A stretch of DNA of 64,000 nucleotides, from positions 1 through 64,000 of the forward strand of contig OZ251239.1 in the NCBI GenBank assembly GCA_965240325.2. Direction: 5' to 3'. This stretch comes from Rebecca billardiae RCC1528 (lineage: Eukaryota; Protista; Haptophyta). Shown piece by piece: positions 45,301-56,836 of this stretch. Under the pieces are notes generated by a model that saw nothing but the letters and a program-made list of their open reading frames with translations, did not search any database and had not been told where the DNA came from. Numbering within the stretch: position 1 is the stretch's first letter; each line of letters opens with the position of its first letter. Made by a program: the position numbers and the translations under genes.

Positions 45301-48300
45301 TTTGTGTGCCACTCGGAGGAGGCGGCGGCGGAGATGGTGGCGCGGCCGGCGGCGTACGCGGCGCAGCCCGCCGCGCCGCCGCAGCCGCGCCGCGTGCCGC
45401 GCCTCTCGCTCACCGAGGTGCGCCGCGACGCGCACGAGCCGCTGCCACCGCTCACCTCCGCCTCCGCGTCCGCCTCGGCGCCGCCCTCGTCCGCGCGCGC
45501 CTCCGACCTGCGCTCGTGGCGCATGGGCGCGGCGCTGCACCCGGAGCGGCTGGCGGTGGGCGCGGAGGCGGGGCTGGCGGAGGCGGAGGCGGAGGAGCAG
45601 CAGCCGCCGCCGCAGCAGCAGCAGCCCGCGGCGCAGCCGCCGCCCGCGCCGCCCGCCGAGCCGCCGGCCGCCGCGTCCGCCGACGCGCCCGCCGCCGCCG
45701 CCGCGGGCGCGGGCGCGCCCGCCGACGGCGCGCCGGGCGCGGCCGAGGCCGGCGGCGCGCCCGCCGGCGCGAGCGCGGCGGAGGCGGCGGAGGAGGGCGG
45801 CGGCGCGGAGCCCGGCGGCGGCGCGGAGGAGGAGCCCGCCCCCGCGCCGCCGCCGCCGCGCGCCTTCCCGCCCGGCCACGACCCGTTCGCCCCCGTCGCC
45901 GAGCGCGCAGACGGCGTGGCCGAGCTGGAGGAGCTGCCGCCCTCGGGTGCGGGCTCGCTCGGCGGCGCGGGCAAGTACTCGGTCGTCGCGCTGCTCGAGC
46001 ACGGCCGGCTGGTGCCGGGCTCGGCGGAGTTCGCGGTGAGCGTGGGCGGGCGCGTGTACCCGTGCGCGTCGGAGGAGGAGGCCGAGGCGCTGCTCCGCGC
46101 CCCCGCCAAGTACGTGCAGCCGCCGCCGCAGCAGCAGCACGGCTCGCGCGAGCGCGGCGCCGCGCCGCCGCCGCCGCTGGTGATCGTCGACGGCCCGAAG
46201 GGCGCGGTGGGCGCGCACGCGGCGCAGCTCGCGGAGCACCTCAAGCTGCCGCTCCTCGACGTGGCCAAGCTCGCGGACGCGCGGATCGGCGCGCTGCCCA
46301 CCGAGCTGCCCGCGGCCGCGCCCGCCGCCGCCGCCGCCTTCCCGCCGCCCGACGGCGCGGCGGACGGCGCGGACGGCGAGGCGGAGGCGGGCGCGGAGGC
46401 GGAGGCGGTGGACGAGGAGGAGGCGGCCGCGGCGCGCGCCGAGGCGCTCGAGGCGGCGGCCGTCGCGTTCGACGCGGTCGGCGCCGGGCTGCGCGCCGCG
46501 CGCGCGGCGGGCGAGCCGCCCGCGCCCGAGCACCTCGCCGCGCTGCTGTCGGGCGCGCTGCGCGCGCCCGCGACGCTCGCCGCGGGCGGCGGCGGCTGCG
46601 TGCTGCTGCTCGACCCGAGTCTGCCCGCACACGGCGCGGAGGCGTGGGGCGCGCTGCTCGGCGCGCGCGTCTGGCCGGACGCGTACCTCACGCTCTCGAT
46701 CGACGAGGAGGAGGCGGTGCGGCGCACCCACGCGCCCAAGCCGCCGCCGACGCGCGTCCAGGCCGAGGCCGAGCTGCGCGCGGAGAAGGTCGCGGAGCGC
46801 GCCGCCGCGCTCGCGGACGCGGACGAGGACGAGGAGCCGCCCTCGCCCGTGCCGTCGACGCTCGACGCGGACGAGGTGGCGGAGCGGCTGGCGGAGCTGC
46901 AGGAGGCGCACGCCGAGGAGGACGAGGCCGCGCGCGAGGCGCTCAAGGAGGCCAACGCCGCCTCGCTCGAGGGGCTCGAGGCCTCCCGGGAGATCCTCGC
47001 GGACGCGGGCGTGCTGCTCGTGCTGCAGCTGGACGGCGCGCTGCGGCCGCGCACGGTTCAGAGCCGCGCGCGCGCGGCGCTCGGCGGGATGCTCGCGACG
47101 CGCGCGTCCGCGCTGCTCGCGCACGCGGCGCGGCCGCTCGACTCGCTCGCCGACGCGCAGGCGCTGCTCGACTCGGGCGCGTGCGCGCTCTCCGCCCGCT
47201 GCGCCGCGCACGACCCGGTCGAGTGGCGGCTGCGCGCCGCGCTCACGCCGCCGCTGCTGCCACTCGAGCGCGCGGCGGGCGCGGAGGGCGCGGAGGGCGA
47301 GGGCGGCGCGGACGAGGCGGAGGAGGCGGAGGCGGAGGAGGAGGAGGGCGAGGAGGGCGCGCTCAGGGCGGCCGGCCTCCCGCCGCCCGCGCCGTGCGCC
47401 GCGCGGCTGGGCGAGCGCATCTACTGCTTCGCCAACGCCGCCAACCGCGCTCTCTTCCTGGCGCAGCCCGCGCGCTTTGCGGCCGCGCCGCCGCTGCCCG
47501 CGTACCCGGCGCCGCGGCTGTGCCTGTTCGGCGCGCCGCTGTGCCTGGCCGAGCTGCACGCCGGGCGCGAGCCGCCGGTGGGCACGATGGCGGCGCGCTC
47601 GCTCGGCGTCGTCGAGGTGACGCCCGCCGCCGCCGTCGCGTGGGCGCTGCGTCACTCCACCGCCACGCTCGGCGGCCGGCTGCGCGCGCAGCTGCAGGCG
47701 GGCGCCGCGCTGCCCGACGAGCTGCTGGTCGACGCCGTGGTCGCGCGCACGCAGGTGCGCGGCTGCGCGCGTGCGTCGCGCGCGGCCGTGCGCGCGCGCT
47801 CACAGTGTCCCTCGCGCCAATCGCTAGCCCTAACCCTAACCTCGCCCCAATCGCACGCGCGCGCGCGCGCGCGCACGCCTCGGCTCGGCCGCGCGTGCCG
47901 GCGCGGCTGCGCGCGCGCGCCGCAGGCGGCGGACTGCCAGCGGCGCGGCTACCTGCTGCACGGCTGCCCGGCCAACGGCGCGCAGGCGTCGCTGCTGCTC
48001 TCGCGCCCCGACGCGCCGCCGCCCGCCCTCGCCTTCTGCCTCGAGCTCGGCGCGGAGGATGCGCTCGGCGCGGCGGACGGCGCGGCGCGCGAGGCCAACG
48101 CGCGCGGCGCCGTCTCTGAGGGCTTCGAGCCGCTCGCTGCGCCCGCGCTCGAGGCGGCGCAGCTCGGCGCGGCGCAGGCGGCCGCGGCGCTCGCAGAGGG
48201 GCTGGGCGCGCACGCGCTCGTGTGGCTCGACATGCACCGCACCAAGTGGGCCGTCGCGGAGGCGCTTGAGGCGCGCGTGCGCACGCACACGCTCGCGCGC

Positions 48301-49894
48301 GCGCGGCTGGCGCAAGCCGAGGCGGAGGTGAGCGCGCGCGCCGCGCACCGCCGCGCACCGCCGCGCACCGCGCGCGGTGCGCCTGCCTGTCGCGCGCCGC
48401 GCGGCGCGCTCACCTCCGCCTGCGCCGCGCCCGCCGCCCCTCGCGCGCGTGCCGCTTGCCGCGTGCGCCGCGCGCCGCTCAGAAGCGCGCGGCGCCGCTC
48501 GCAGACACAGGTCTCTCGGTCGAGGGGCTGCACGCCAAGCTCGGCCGGTTTGGCGCCTACTGCCCCGTCACGTGGGCGCGCGCCGGGCTGCTGGCGCGCG
48601 GCGACACGGGGCGCGAGGACGGCGGCCTGGCGTTCGGCGCGGCGTTCCGCGGCGAGCACTACGTGTGCGCGGGCGGCGCCGAGCTGCTCGCCTTTCTCGC
48701 CGCGCCCGTCTCCTTCCTGCGGCGGCACCGGCTGCCCGCCTCGCTGCCGCGCGCGCTCTCCGAGGCCGAGGCGTCGCTCGGCCGCGAGTGGATCGGGCTG
48801 CGCGGCTTCTGCCCCGTCTGCGCCGCGCTCGGCGACAGCGCGCTCGACTATGGCCGCAGGGTGAAGGTGAGAGGAGGCGCGCGGCGCGGCGCCGCGGCCG
48901 GCGCTGCGCCGGCGCGGCGTGAGGCGCGGCGGCCATGGCGTGGGGCGCGGCGGCCATGGCGGGGGGCGCGGCGGCCATGGCGTGGGGCGCGGCGGCCATG
49001 GCGTGGGGCGCGGCGGCCATGGCGGGGGGCGCGGCGGCCATGGCGGGGGGAGCGGCGGCCATGGCGGAGGGAGCGGCGGCCGCGGCGCTCGCGCGCGCGC
49101 TGAGGAGCCCCACCACCGCGCGCACCCGCCCCCGGCCGCCGCGCGCAGGCGTTCACGCTCGGCTCGGCCGCGCACGCTGCCGAGTATCAAGGCAGCACCT
49201 GGTGGATGGCCGGCCCCGCCGAGCTGCGGCTCTTCCTGCAGGCGCCGTGGCGGTACGCGAGCGCGAGCCTGCCGGTCAAGCTGCCGCCGCCCAAGGCGCC
49301 CCTCGACGGGCCGGTCGCGCCGCCCACGGCCGCGCTGCCGCACGTCGGCTTCATGGAGGTCACCCTGGGGCGCGTGCTGATGGCCGCGCTCTCCGAGGTC
49401 GGCGAGGCGAGGCCCAAGCACCCGCAGCTCGACGGCCGCACGTCCGCGCTCAAGCACATCGCGCTCTACCTCAAGGTGCGGCCCTGCGGCCCCGCGGCCC
49501 TGCGGCCCTGCGGCCCCGCGCCCGCGCGCCGCGCCCGTGCGGCGCCGCCGCCCTCGCGCGCCGCCGGCTGGGCGCGCCGCTCACGCGCGCCGCGCCGCGC
49601 CGCGCCGCCGCCGGCCGTGCGCGCGCCCAGGCGCACAACCCGCGGTGCGCGGAGCACGTGCGTGCCAAGTACGCGCAGCGGCTGCAGCAGTTCGTCACGG
49701 ACTGCGCGGCAGGCGAGACGCTCGTCAACGCGCGCGCGGCCAAGCAGGGCGCCGCCGACGGCGCGCCGCCCTCGAGCCCGACCAAGCAGACGGCGAGCGA
49801 CGCGCGCCTCACGCAGCGCGAGGCGCTCGACGAGGCGGCGCGCGTGTACGACGCGGCCAAGACGCGCCCGCTCGAGCAGCTGCTGCTGCCGTAG
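42379..49894 (+). CDS. AK9: Adenylate kinase 9-like multidomain axonemal protein; introns 47755-47925, 48328-48482, 48867-49148, 49476-49630
   Basis: Degenerate AK modules (VLVTGKPGT, GVVLEGFP, IVDGPKGA, RGYLLHGCP); repeated YHS-like FGxxCPV and GFCPV modules; C-terminal ALYLKAHNP after splicing; EF-hand-like N-terminus. Confidence 0.85.
48923..49081. repeat. 21-bp minisatellite (7 copies) inside AK9-like intron 3
   Basis: CCATGG recurs every 21 bp from 48933 to 49059; the unit is GGCGCGGCGGCCATGGCG(T/G)GG. Confidence 0.95.
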
Positions 49895-50217
49895 CGCGCG
49901 CCGCCCGCTCGCCGGCGCCACCCGCGCGCGGTACGATGCAAAGCCTCGTAGTCGTGGCCTGACTAGTGAACATGGATGGCGCGTGGCCCGCGCCCGTGGG
50001 CCCGGTCCGCACCGGATCGACGAGTCGTCTGCCGCCGCCTGGCGCCGCCGTCGGCGTGGTCGCCACACTCACTGCGTCTGCGCGACGCGAGTCACTCGTC
50101 ACGTCGCGTCGTCACCGTCATTTATATGGCGCGCGCACTTGCTGCGCGCACTTGATACTACGCCGCGCCGCGATCCTGCCGGCCAGCAAGCCCGGCCCGC
50201 CATATAATATATATAAA

Positions 50218-52158
50218 TAGCCTGGTCCAAACGCACTGGAGCACTTTCGGGGATTTTATCGCCAAATGAACGCGGGCCCCTAGGCACGCGCTCACACCCG
50301 GAAACAGCGTAACAAATGGGCCCAGCCCGGGCGCAGCCAAAGTTTATTCGGCCTAAAAATCGCATCCGTGGCCTGTCGTGAGCGTGCGCGCGCGCGCCGC
50401 GGACAACTACGGACACATAGAGAATCGTCAGTCCGAATGTGGGTAAGTACTTAGCCGAAATGAGCCCAAACGCACGAACTTACTTATTGGCGTACGTCGA
50501 GGCGAGCATGAACCCTGGTACAGGCCATTAGGATGGGCTGTGGTCTGTGCGCAAGTGGCCGTACTCAACTACTGCAAGATCGACTATATTACCCATTTAT
50601 ACCCGCATATTATGGGAAATGTACCCGCATAAGTATGAGTTCTGGACCTGTATAATTAAAATGCCACTATGTCGTTACATATTCGCCATAGGTGGGTAGC
50701 TGTCCCAGGCTGCACGATTAGTGCGGCGCTCGGGGTGCAGTGGTCGGACGAGGCTCCGCCTGGCCTTCCGCGCACTCCTGCAGACAAGAAGAGGGCCGGA
50801 CTCCCACCCGGCCAGGCGTGCGGCAGTCGGGCAGGTGCTGGACCTGGTCTGGAGACCATCTCCTGCGTGGCAACTGGCCGATCTGCGGCACAACGCGCGC
50901 CGCCGTGAGCCACACGGCAGGTTCGCAATGGATCCGGATCGCGTGTCCATGGCGGCGTACATCGAGTCATTCAAGCTGTCAAGTCGCGTGCCACGCCCGC
51001 CCTTTCACTTGGGGCATCAGTACTGCCTACAACGACGACATGTGCGTCCTTAGATGAGGCATAATCGCGATTCTAGCTGCCCGTCCAAGGGTCAGATCGC
51101 ACGTCTTTGCTCGCCCGACAGCCTCAACGGCGGACTGATGTGATCCGCGGGTGACGATGCGACCGCTTCGAGTGCGCCTACGGCCACCACCGGGGTGGGG
51201 ATCGTTCATGGGCACCCTCTGCGTGCCATGACATGCTCTGGCCGTGCGTGGTGACTTGGCCCACCGCGCGTAAACGGGAAAGACACCCGAGCACGTGCTT
51301 CCGAGCCACCCGAATGGCACAATGTGCCACCCATGGACACCAAACACGTGCCAGAGCGCGAGCCTTGCGTGCTGGGGTAGCCGCACGACACCAAGGAAGA
51401 CGTATGAGCGCTCTCAACCATCTTCAAGCGACGACTCCGTCGACTCTGCCTCGCAGACCGCGGTATGATCCTCGACCTTGTGCTCGCAGCAAAGGCCATG
51501 ACGGTAAAGCAGTACCCAGGCGATGGGAGTCAGCCGGCAGCCACTACACTGCGACTGTACACACCCAGCCCCGCAAGGCGAGCCATCCTGCTCGCCACCA
51601 GCCCGTCATACAGCTCCACGAGGAGCACAAATCGACAGCCGCCGCTCAGGACGACCCATGCGCAAACGTGACGGGACTGGCCGGATGAAGCGTTGGCTAT
51701 GCGCAGCGCGCCCAACGCTGGTGGTGGCATCGAGTACATGCTAGGGGTAGGCGGTGGCCCACACGAGCCGTCGCGTGGCCCGCATATTACCCGAGGTGGC
51801 CCGTCTCGAAGGCGCCGCGCAACCCAGCAGGTGAGCGTTCGACGCGCGCCGTCAGGCGAGAAGTCGACCTGGCGACGGACCGCGGGCGGCGGAAGCAACG
51901 CAGACATGTCGCTCAAGGTGTGCACGCACACCACCGGGGCACCCGAACGATGTGTCCAGCACTACACCTGACATGAGGCGGCGCAGTCGTCCAGTCGAGG
52001 CTCTCGAGCCCCTTCCCGACCTTCGTCGCGGCGAGCCGTCGGACGGCCGGTGGCGATTTTTGACGAGCGCGACGAGCGACGAGAAAAATCGGGAGAAATC
52101 AGGCGCCCAAAATCCGAAAAGGCTTTTTCACTGGCGAAAATCGGGATGGACCAGGCTA
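50218..52158. mobile_element. Unclassified non-autonomous TIR element, 1941 bp
   Basis: 12-bp TIR TAGCCTGGTCCA/TGGACCAGGCTA, a subterminal GATTTT(A)TCGCCA-like match at both ends, and a 7-bp direct repeat ATATAAA at 50211-50217 and 52159-52165. The interior is lower in GC with broken ORFs. Confidence 0.7.
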
Positions 52159-52375
52159 ATATAAATGCGCGGCGGGCCGGCCGCCGCCGATATCGTCCGC
52201 CGACGATGAGTATACTGCGCTATACCGCTACCGCCGCATATAAGTATACTATAGCGCTGCTAACTATACCGGATAATTCAGCAGTATCAATCCGCGCCGG
52301 ACGATGATGCGCTGCTGCTCATAGCGCGGCTAAGTAGTAACGACACAGTAATAAAGAAATCGATTTTCGGCGTTA

Positions 52376-54350
52376 CCGTAACCCGTCCGCACTTCCGCCC
52401 AGTGGGGATGCGGGGGAATTTTTTTCATGCCCCGTTCGCGGCACTTCGCGCCGCCACAGTGGAGAAAGATCGGGCCGAAGCCGTTTGAGCATGGTCGGTT
52501 GTGGGCACGCCCATTCGAATCGATGGCGCGCTCTGAGCGGCGGGCATGCGCGCATGTGTGCCGCGAGGGGGGCTGCGAGGCGTCGGCCGGCTTGCCAAGG
52601 CGGTTCCCCGGGGCGGCATCACCCTCGCCCGCCCCTCCTCGCCCACCCTCGCCCCACGGGCGGCCACACGTGACCTGTTAAGATGAGTTCACGGGAGCCG
52701 CACGGCACGCGCGCGGAGAGGCGAGGAAGTGGTGTGTCGCGGAAAAACGCAACGTCGCATTGTGCTCAACCCATGTGGGCACCCGCTCCACAAGTTTGCG
52801 CGCCTTCAAACCGCACACAGCGGCCTGAGGAGCTCCCAGACTGAGTTTCGCTCTTGAAGCCTGGTTTTGGGCCAGATCTTGGTGTGGATGTAGCGCGGCG
52901 AGGAGGCGCCGGGCGCGCGCCCGAGCTGCGTGCTGGCACTCGCCATGACCCATAGGCATTGTCCGTCGCGAACGACCCGGCTCGCCTCGACCTCTCCGAC
53001 CCGCCGGGCAGCCACGACCGAGCACGGCACGACAATGGCCAAACCGGGAGGCTTCTCAGACCGCGCGGGATGGGCATAGGCGCGAGAGAGGGCGCCCAGC
53101 GCGCTCTTGAGATGCACCGGAGCACGCACTGATGCGTATGGAACCATCCCATCACGATCGCCCCGACCTGGCGCGCCCTATCTGGCCCGTCAGGCTGCCC
53201 GCGCCGCCGCCGCCGCGCCACGCCGCCACCACGGGCGCCGCCGCATCGCGGGCACGTGGGTAAGTCTGTATTCAACAAATACAGAATTTCCGGTGCGGCC
53301 CTCTGTTGGGCGGCAAGGTCGATCTGGTCGACACCTGCCACGCGGCATGGGCCACGGCGCGGCGAGGTGGCGGCTGGCGCACCGCGGCGCGGGCGGGATG
53401 GCTCGAGGACACCACCGCCCCGCCTCCCACGCCGCGCCGTGCGCGTGCGCCGTGCTCTCGTCGCGTACCGAATTTCCTGCGGCGAGCGACAACACACAGC
53501 GCGACCATGCCATCGCGCGACGAGGTGCGTTCAGCTCGGCGATTTGTCGTATTTGTTGAATACATGCGGGTACGAATCCGACGCACGACGCCCTCGACGC
53601 ACACGTCGAGAGCCACGCGCGCGGCGTGGACTGGCACGCAACGCGGAGATGGCGGGCGCGGTGCCGCGGGCGCGCGACTGGTCTAGAACAGCACAATGAA
53701 GCGCGGGACGGCGCCGCGCGCGTGGGCTCGCCGCCGTCTCCTCGCAGTCGAATATTTCTGTGCACCCTCCTACCAGGTCAGTCGACCGACTTGCACGCGG
53801 CATGCGAGCACTGCGTGCGGGGAGGAGTGTGACATGGCAGGCTGTGGCGAGGTGGATGGCCGTGCAGGAGTATGCTAGGAAGGGCCGCTCCCGCGCTCGC
53901 GCGGTGCCTCGCGCACGCCTCGTCGAGGACGAGCGTGTTTGAATGGCTCCGGGGAGGCCTGAGACTTCGCTTGTTCACAGCAGCGCGCGACAGGTGCACA
54001 CAACGGAGGTGACGACCAGGCACTCCGGCGAGGGCGGCTGTGCTGGCAGCAGACTGCATTCGGAGTAAGATGCGCCATCTTACGCGCCGCTTCGCCTCGC
54101 TGCATCGCCGCACTGAGCAGCAGGGCTCCACGCTCACGAATGGCTCACCACGAGCTACGTGACCGGCCAGCCGCGTGCAACCCGGCGAGGCAGAGAGGGG
54201 CGGAGGGATGGGGAGGCTGGGTGGGATGTTGCAGTCCCATGCCCGGGGCACTCGTCAGGCGCCTGCGCGGCCACCGTAGCGTCTTCTGTGCGCTCGTGCG
54301 GCCCGCGCGAGAATTTCCCCGAAAATCGGCTCGTGTCGGACGGGTTACGG
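52376..54350 (-). mobile_element. Tc1/mariner (pogo-like) element with decayed transposase, 1975 bp
   Basis: Perfect 14-bp TIR CCGTAACCCGTCCG with a TA TSD (52374-75, 54351-52) in the palindromic target CGTTAACG. Minus-strand fragments LVLDEACARH and VGFVPACIQQIRQIAELN resemble DDE_1 motifs but lie in separate interrupted ORFs. Confidence 0.8.
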
Positions 54351-55668
54351 TAACGATAATCCCGTTTTTGTTCACTGTGAAACCGTGTACCGGTCGGATC
54401 GGCAGGCTGACGGGCCGCGTTACGCCTTACGCCTACGGCTGCCTACAGGCAATAATCGCGCGGGCAATTAATATAATAAGACGAAGTCAGAGATCTCACT
54501 AGACACTACGGCTAGTCTCAGCGGTTTCTTAGCCGTTCGGTAGCCCGAGCGCCTACGGAGTCTCAGTTTCTTAGCTATAGGACCTAGGTCCGCCCGCCGC
54601 GCAGGCGCCGCGGGGGGCGCAGGGGGGCAGAGCCCCCCGCTGACGGTCTTTACGGGCCCGGCCGGCGAGGCCGATGAAAAAATTGGGCCATTTTGGAGCA
54701 AATATGGCATCATGATGTTGCATGGATGCTGCGGTGCAGTGCCCGGGCAGTGGCCAGGAGTCAGTCATCAGGCGGAGAAGTCGGGACTTGGCCTGTACTC
54801 GTCGATGAGTAGTCGGGCCGCGCGCCGCGTCCCACGGGCACTGCCGCCTCGGCGGACCACTCCGGTCAGCCGCGACGACGTAGTCATCATCCCGGTTTCT
54901 TAGTGTAAGTGTGACTATGCAGCATATAGCGAACCAGCCAATCGCTAGTCTCAGTTCCTAGGCCAGATCCGCAGATAGCTGAGCCCCAGTTTCTTAATGA
55001 TAAATGACGTGATGACAGCTCCTTATTGCCAGCAGCGATTGCCGCCTGTACTAGCCCCTACTACGACTCCGGGCCCGCGGCCGAGGGGGCGCGGGCCGCC
55101 GTCAGACGGGCGCGTATAGTAATAATTAGTCTTACGCGGGCGCGCCAGTGACCGGACGGTCCGGAGCGGCCGTGTCCGTAGTCCGTGCCGCCGCGCGGCG
55201 CGCGGACCCGGTGCGTTATGCACAGGCGGCGTGAGTCGCAGCCAGTGATGTATACTGACGATGTGTCTGTCATCGATCGGTGGCGCCCGGACGCGGGACG
55301 ACGGGCCCGGACTCGTCGCGCACTTCCGTCGCGCGCGCAAGCGCACAGACTGTCAGACAGTGTGAGACACGCCATGCACGGGGCCCGAGGCCCGGACCCG
55401 GACGGCCCGCCGGCGCCGATCCTGCGACCGCAGCGATCCCTGCCGCCGTAGACGATCGTCGGCTGCATCGTCGTCGTCTTCATGCGCAGGCCGGCAGACT
55501 ACATACGTCACTACGACGGGAGTGCCCTCGGACGTAGTCGGACGACGACTATTCGCGGACTAATGAATACGCGCGATGCTGCTGCTGCTGCTGATGCGCC
55601 ACGTGACGCCACTATGACTAATGATGCGCGGTCAGGTTGCCGTCACGTGCCTCGACCCCGCCCGTCGA

Positions 55669-56793
55669 TCAAGCGATCGTCTCGAGGTGGTCGAGCAGCG
55701 CGAGGTGCAGGGGCTCCCACACCTCCGTGTCGCCCGTGTAGTGCGTGCAGTCCACCCTGTCCTCCCAGCTCGACACGCGCCCGCGCCGCGCGCCCGGGTG
55801 CAGCGGCATCGGCACGAGGGCGTCGAACGCGCGCAGCACGGTCGTGTTGCGTGCGTGCGCGAGCATGAGGTCGCGCTTGCGCCCGGCGGCGGCCGCGTCG
55901 TACGGGTCGGGCAGCGCCGCGCACACCCCGTCCGCGCGCCGCTTCACGAAGCCGCCCCAGTTCGCCTCCGCGGGCAGGCTGGCGTACTGGAAGTGCTGTG
56001 GGGTGGGCTCGCGCAGCGCGCAGCGCACGCGCTCGGCCTCGCACGCCGAGCCGGCCGCCGCGACGGCGAGCGCGAGCGGGCGCCTGAGCAGGTGCTTGCT
56101 CGCCGGGTCGATCACGAGCAGGTCCACCCGCTGCGCGCGCGAGATCCCGGCGAACGCGCGCACCGCCTCGACGATGCGCATCAGGTACGCGCCGCGCACG
56201 TGCACGTACCCCAAGTAGGGGTAGGGGTAGGGGTAGGGGTAGGGGTCGTCTGGGGGGGGCCGGCGCGGCGAGGTGCGCGTGAAGTGCAGGCCGAGCGCGG
56301 AGGCGCGGCGGTGCAGCGGCAGCCGGCCGAGCGCGCGCATGATCGCCGCGCCCCACGCCGCGTACGCCTCCGTCGGCTCGCCCGGCGCGCGCAGCGCGTC
56401 GTCGAGCGAGCCGAAGTAGCCGCTGAACCGCCAGCCCGCGTAGCACACGAGGCTCTCGTACCACTGCGTGGTGGTCGAGTCACCGAGCAGCAGCACGCGT
56501 CGGCGCGCGAGCTGCGCACGCATCCGCGCCGGGCCGTCGTTCCGCGGCACGCCGCGTGCCCCGACGTATCGCGCGAGCTCGCGCCGCTGCGCGCCGTGCG
56601 CGCACTCGCGGTACAGCAGCGGGCTCGCGCAGCAGCTTGGGAGCGCGGCGAGCGAGTGGTTGGCCGGGTCGAGCGGCACCCACCACTCGCGATGCTGCCG
56701 CACGAGGCGTGCGCTGGCGGCTGGGAGCGCGGCTCGCGCGAGGAGCAGGCCGAATGTGATGATTGTGAGCCGCCCGCCATCGTGGATCGACAT
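55669..56793 (-). CDS. Trichome birefringence-like / PC-esterase family polysaccharide O-acetyltransferase
   Basis: N-terminal hydrophobic segment, LARRRVLLLGDSTTTQWYESL (GDS) and VDCTHY (DxxH). Confidence 0.85.
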   Translation of the reverse strand: MSIHDGGRLTIITFGLLLARAALPAASARLVRQHREWWVPLDPANHSLAALPSCCASPLLYRECAHGAQRRELARYVGARGVPRNDGPARMRAQLARRRVLLLGDSTTTQWYESLVCYAGWRFSGYFGSLDDALRAPGEPTEAYAAWGAAIMRALGRLPLHRRASALGLHFTRTSPRRPPPDDPYPYPYPYPYLGYVHVRGAYLMRIVEAVRAFAGISRAQRVDLLVIDPASKHLLRRPLALAVAAAGSACEAERVRCALREPTPQHFQYASLPAEANWGGFVKRRADGVCAALPDPYDAAAAGRKRDLMLAHARNTTVLRAFDALVPMPLHPGARRGRVSSWEDRVDCTHYTGDTEVWEPLHLALLDHLETIA

Positions 56794-56836
56794 GACCCAT
56801 GACAAGCCTGACACGCCCTTTCCGGCAAGTGGCACG

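Noticed and set aside
42361-47655. 1764-aa and 1144-aa antisense ORFs
   Set aside because: Antisense shadows of the GC3-rich AK9-like CDS; the same applies to shadows over the other genes.
50521-50650. Nested TA-flanked CAGG..CCTG MITE
   Set aside because: The inverted match is only 4 bp perfect, too weak to call.
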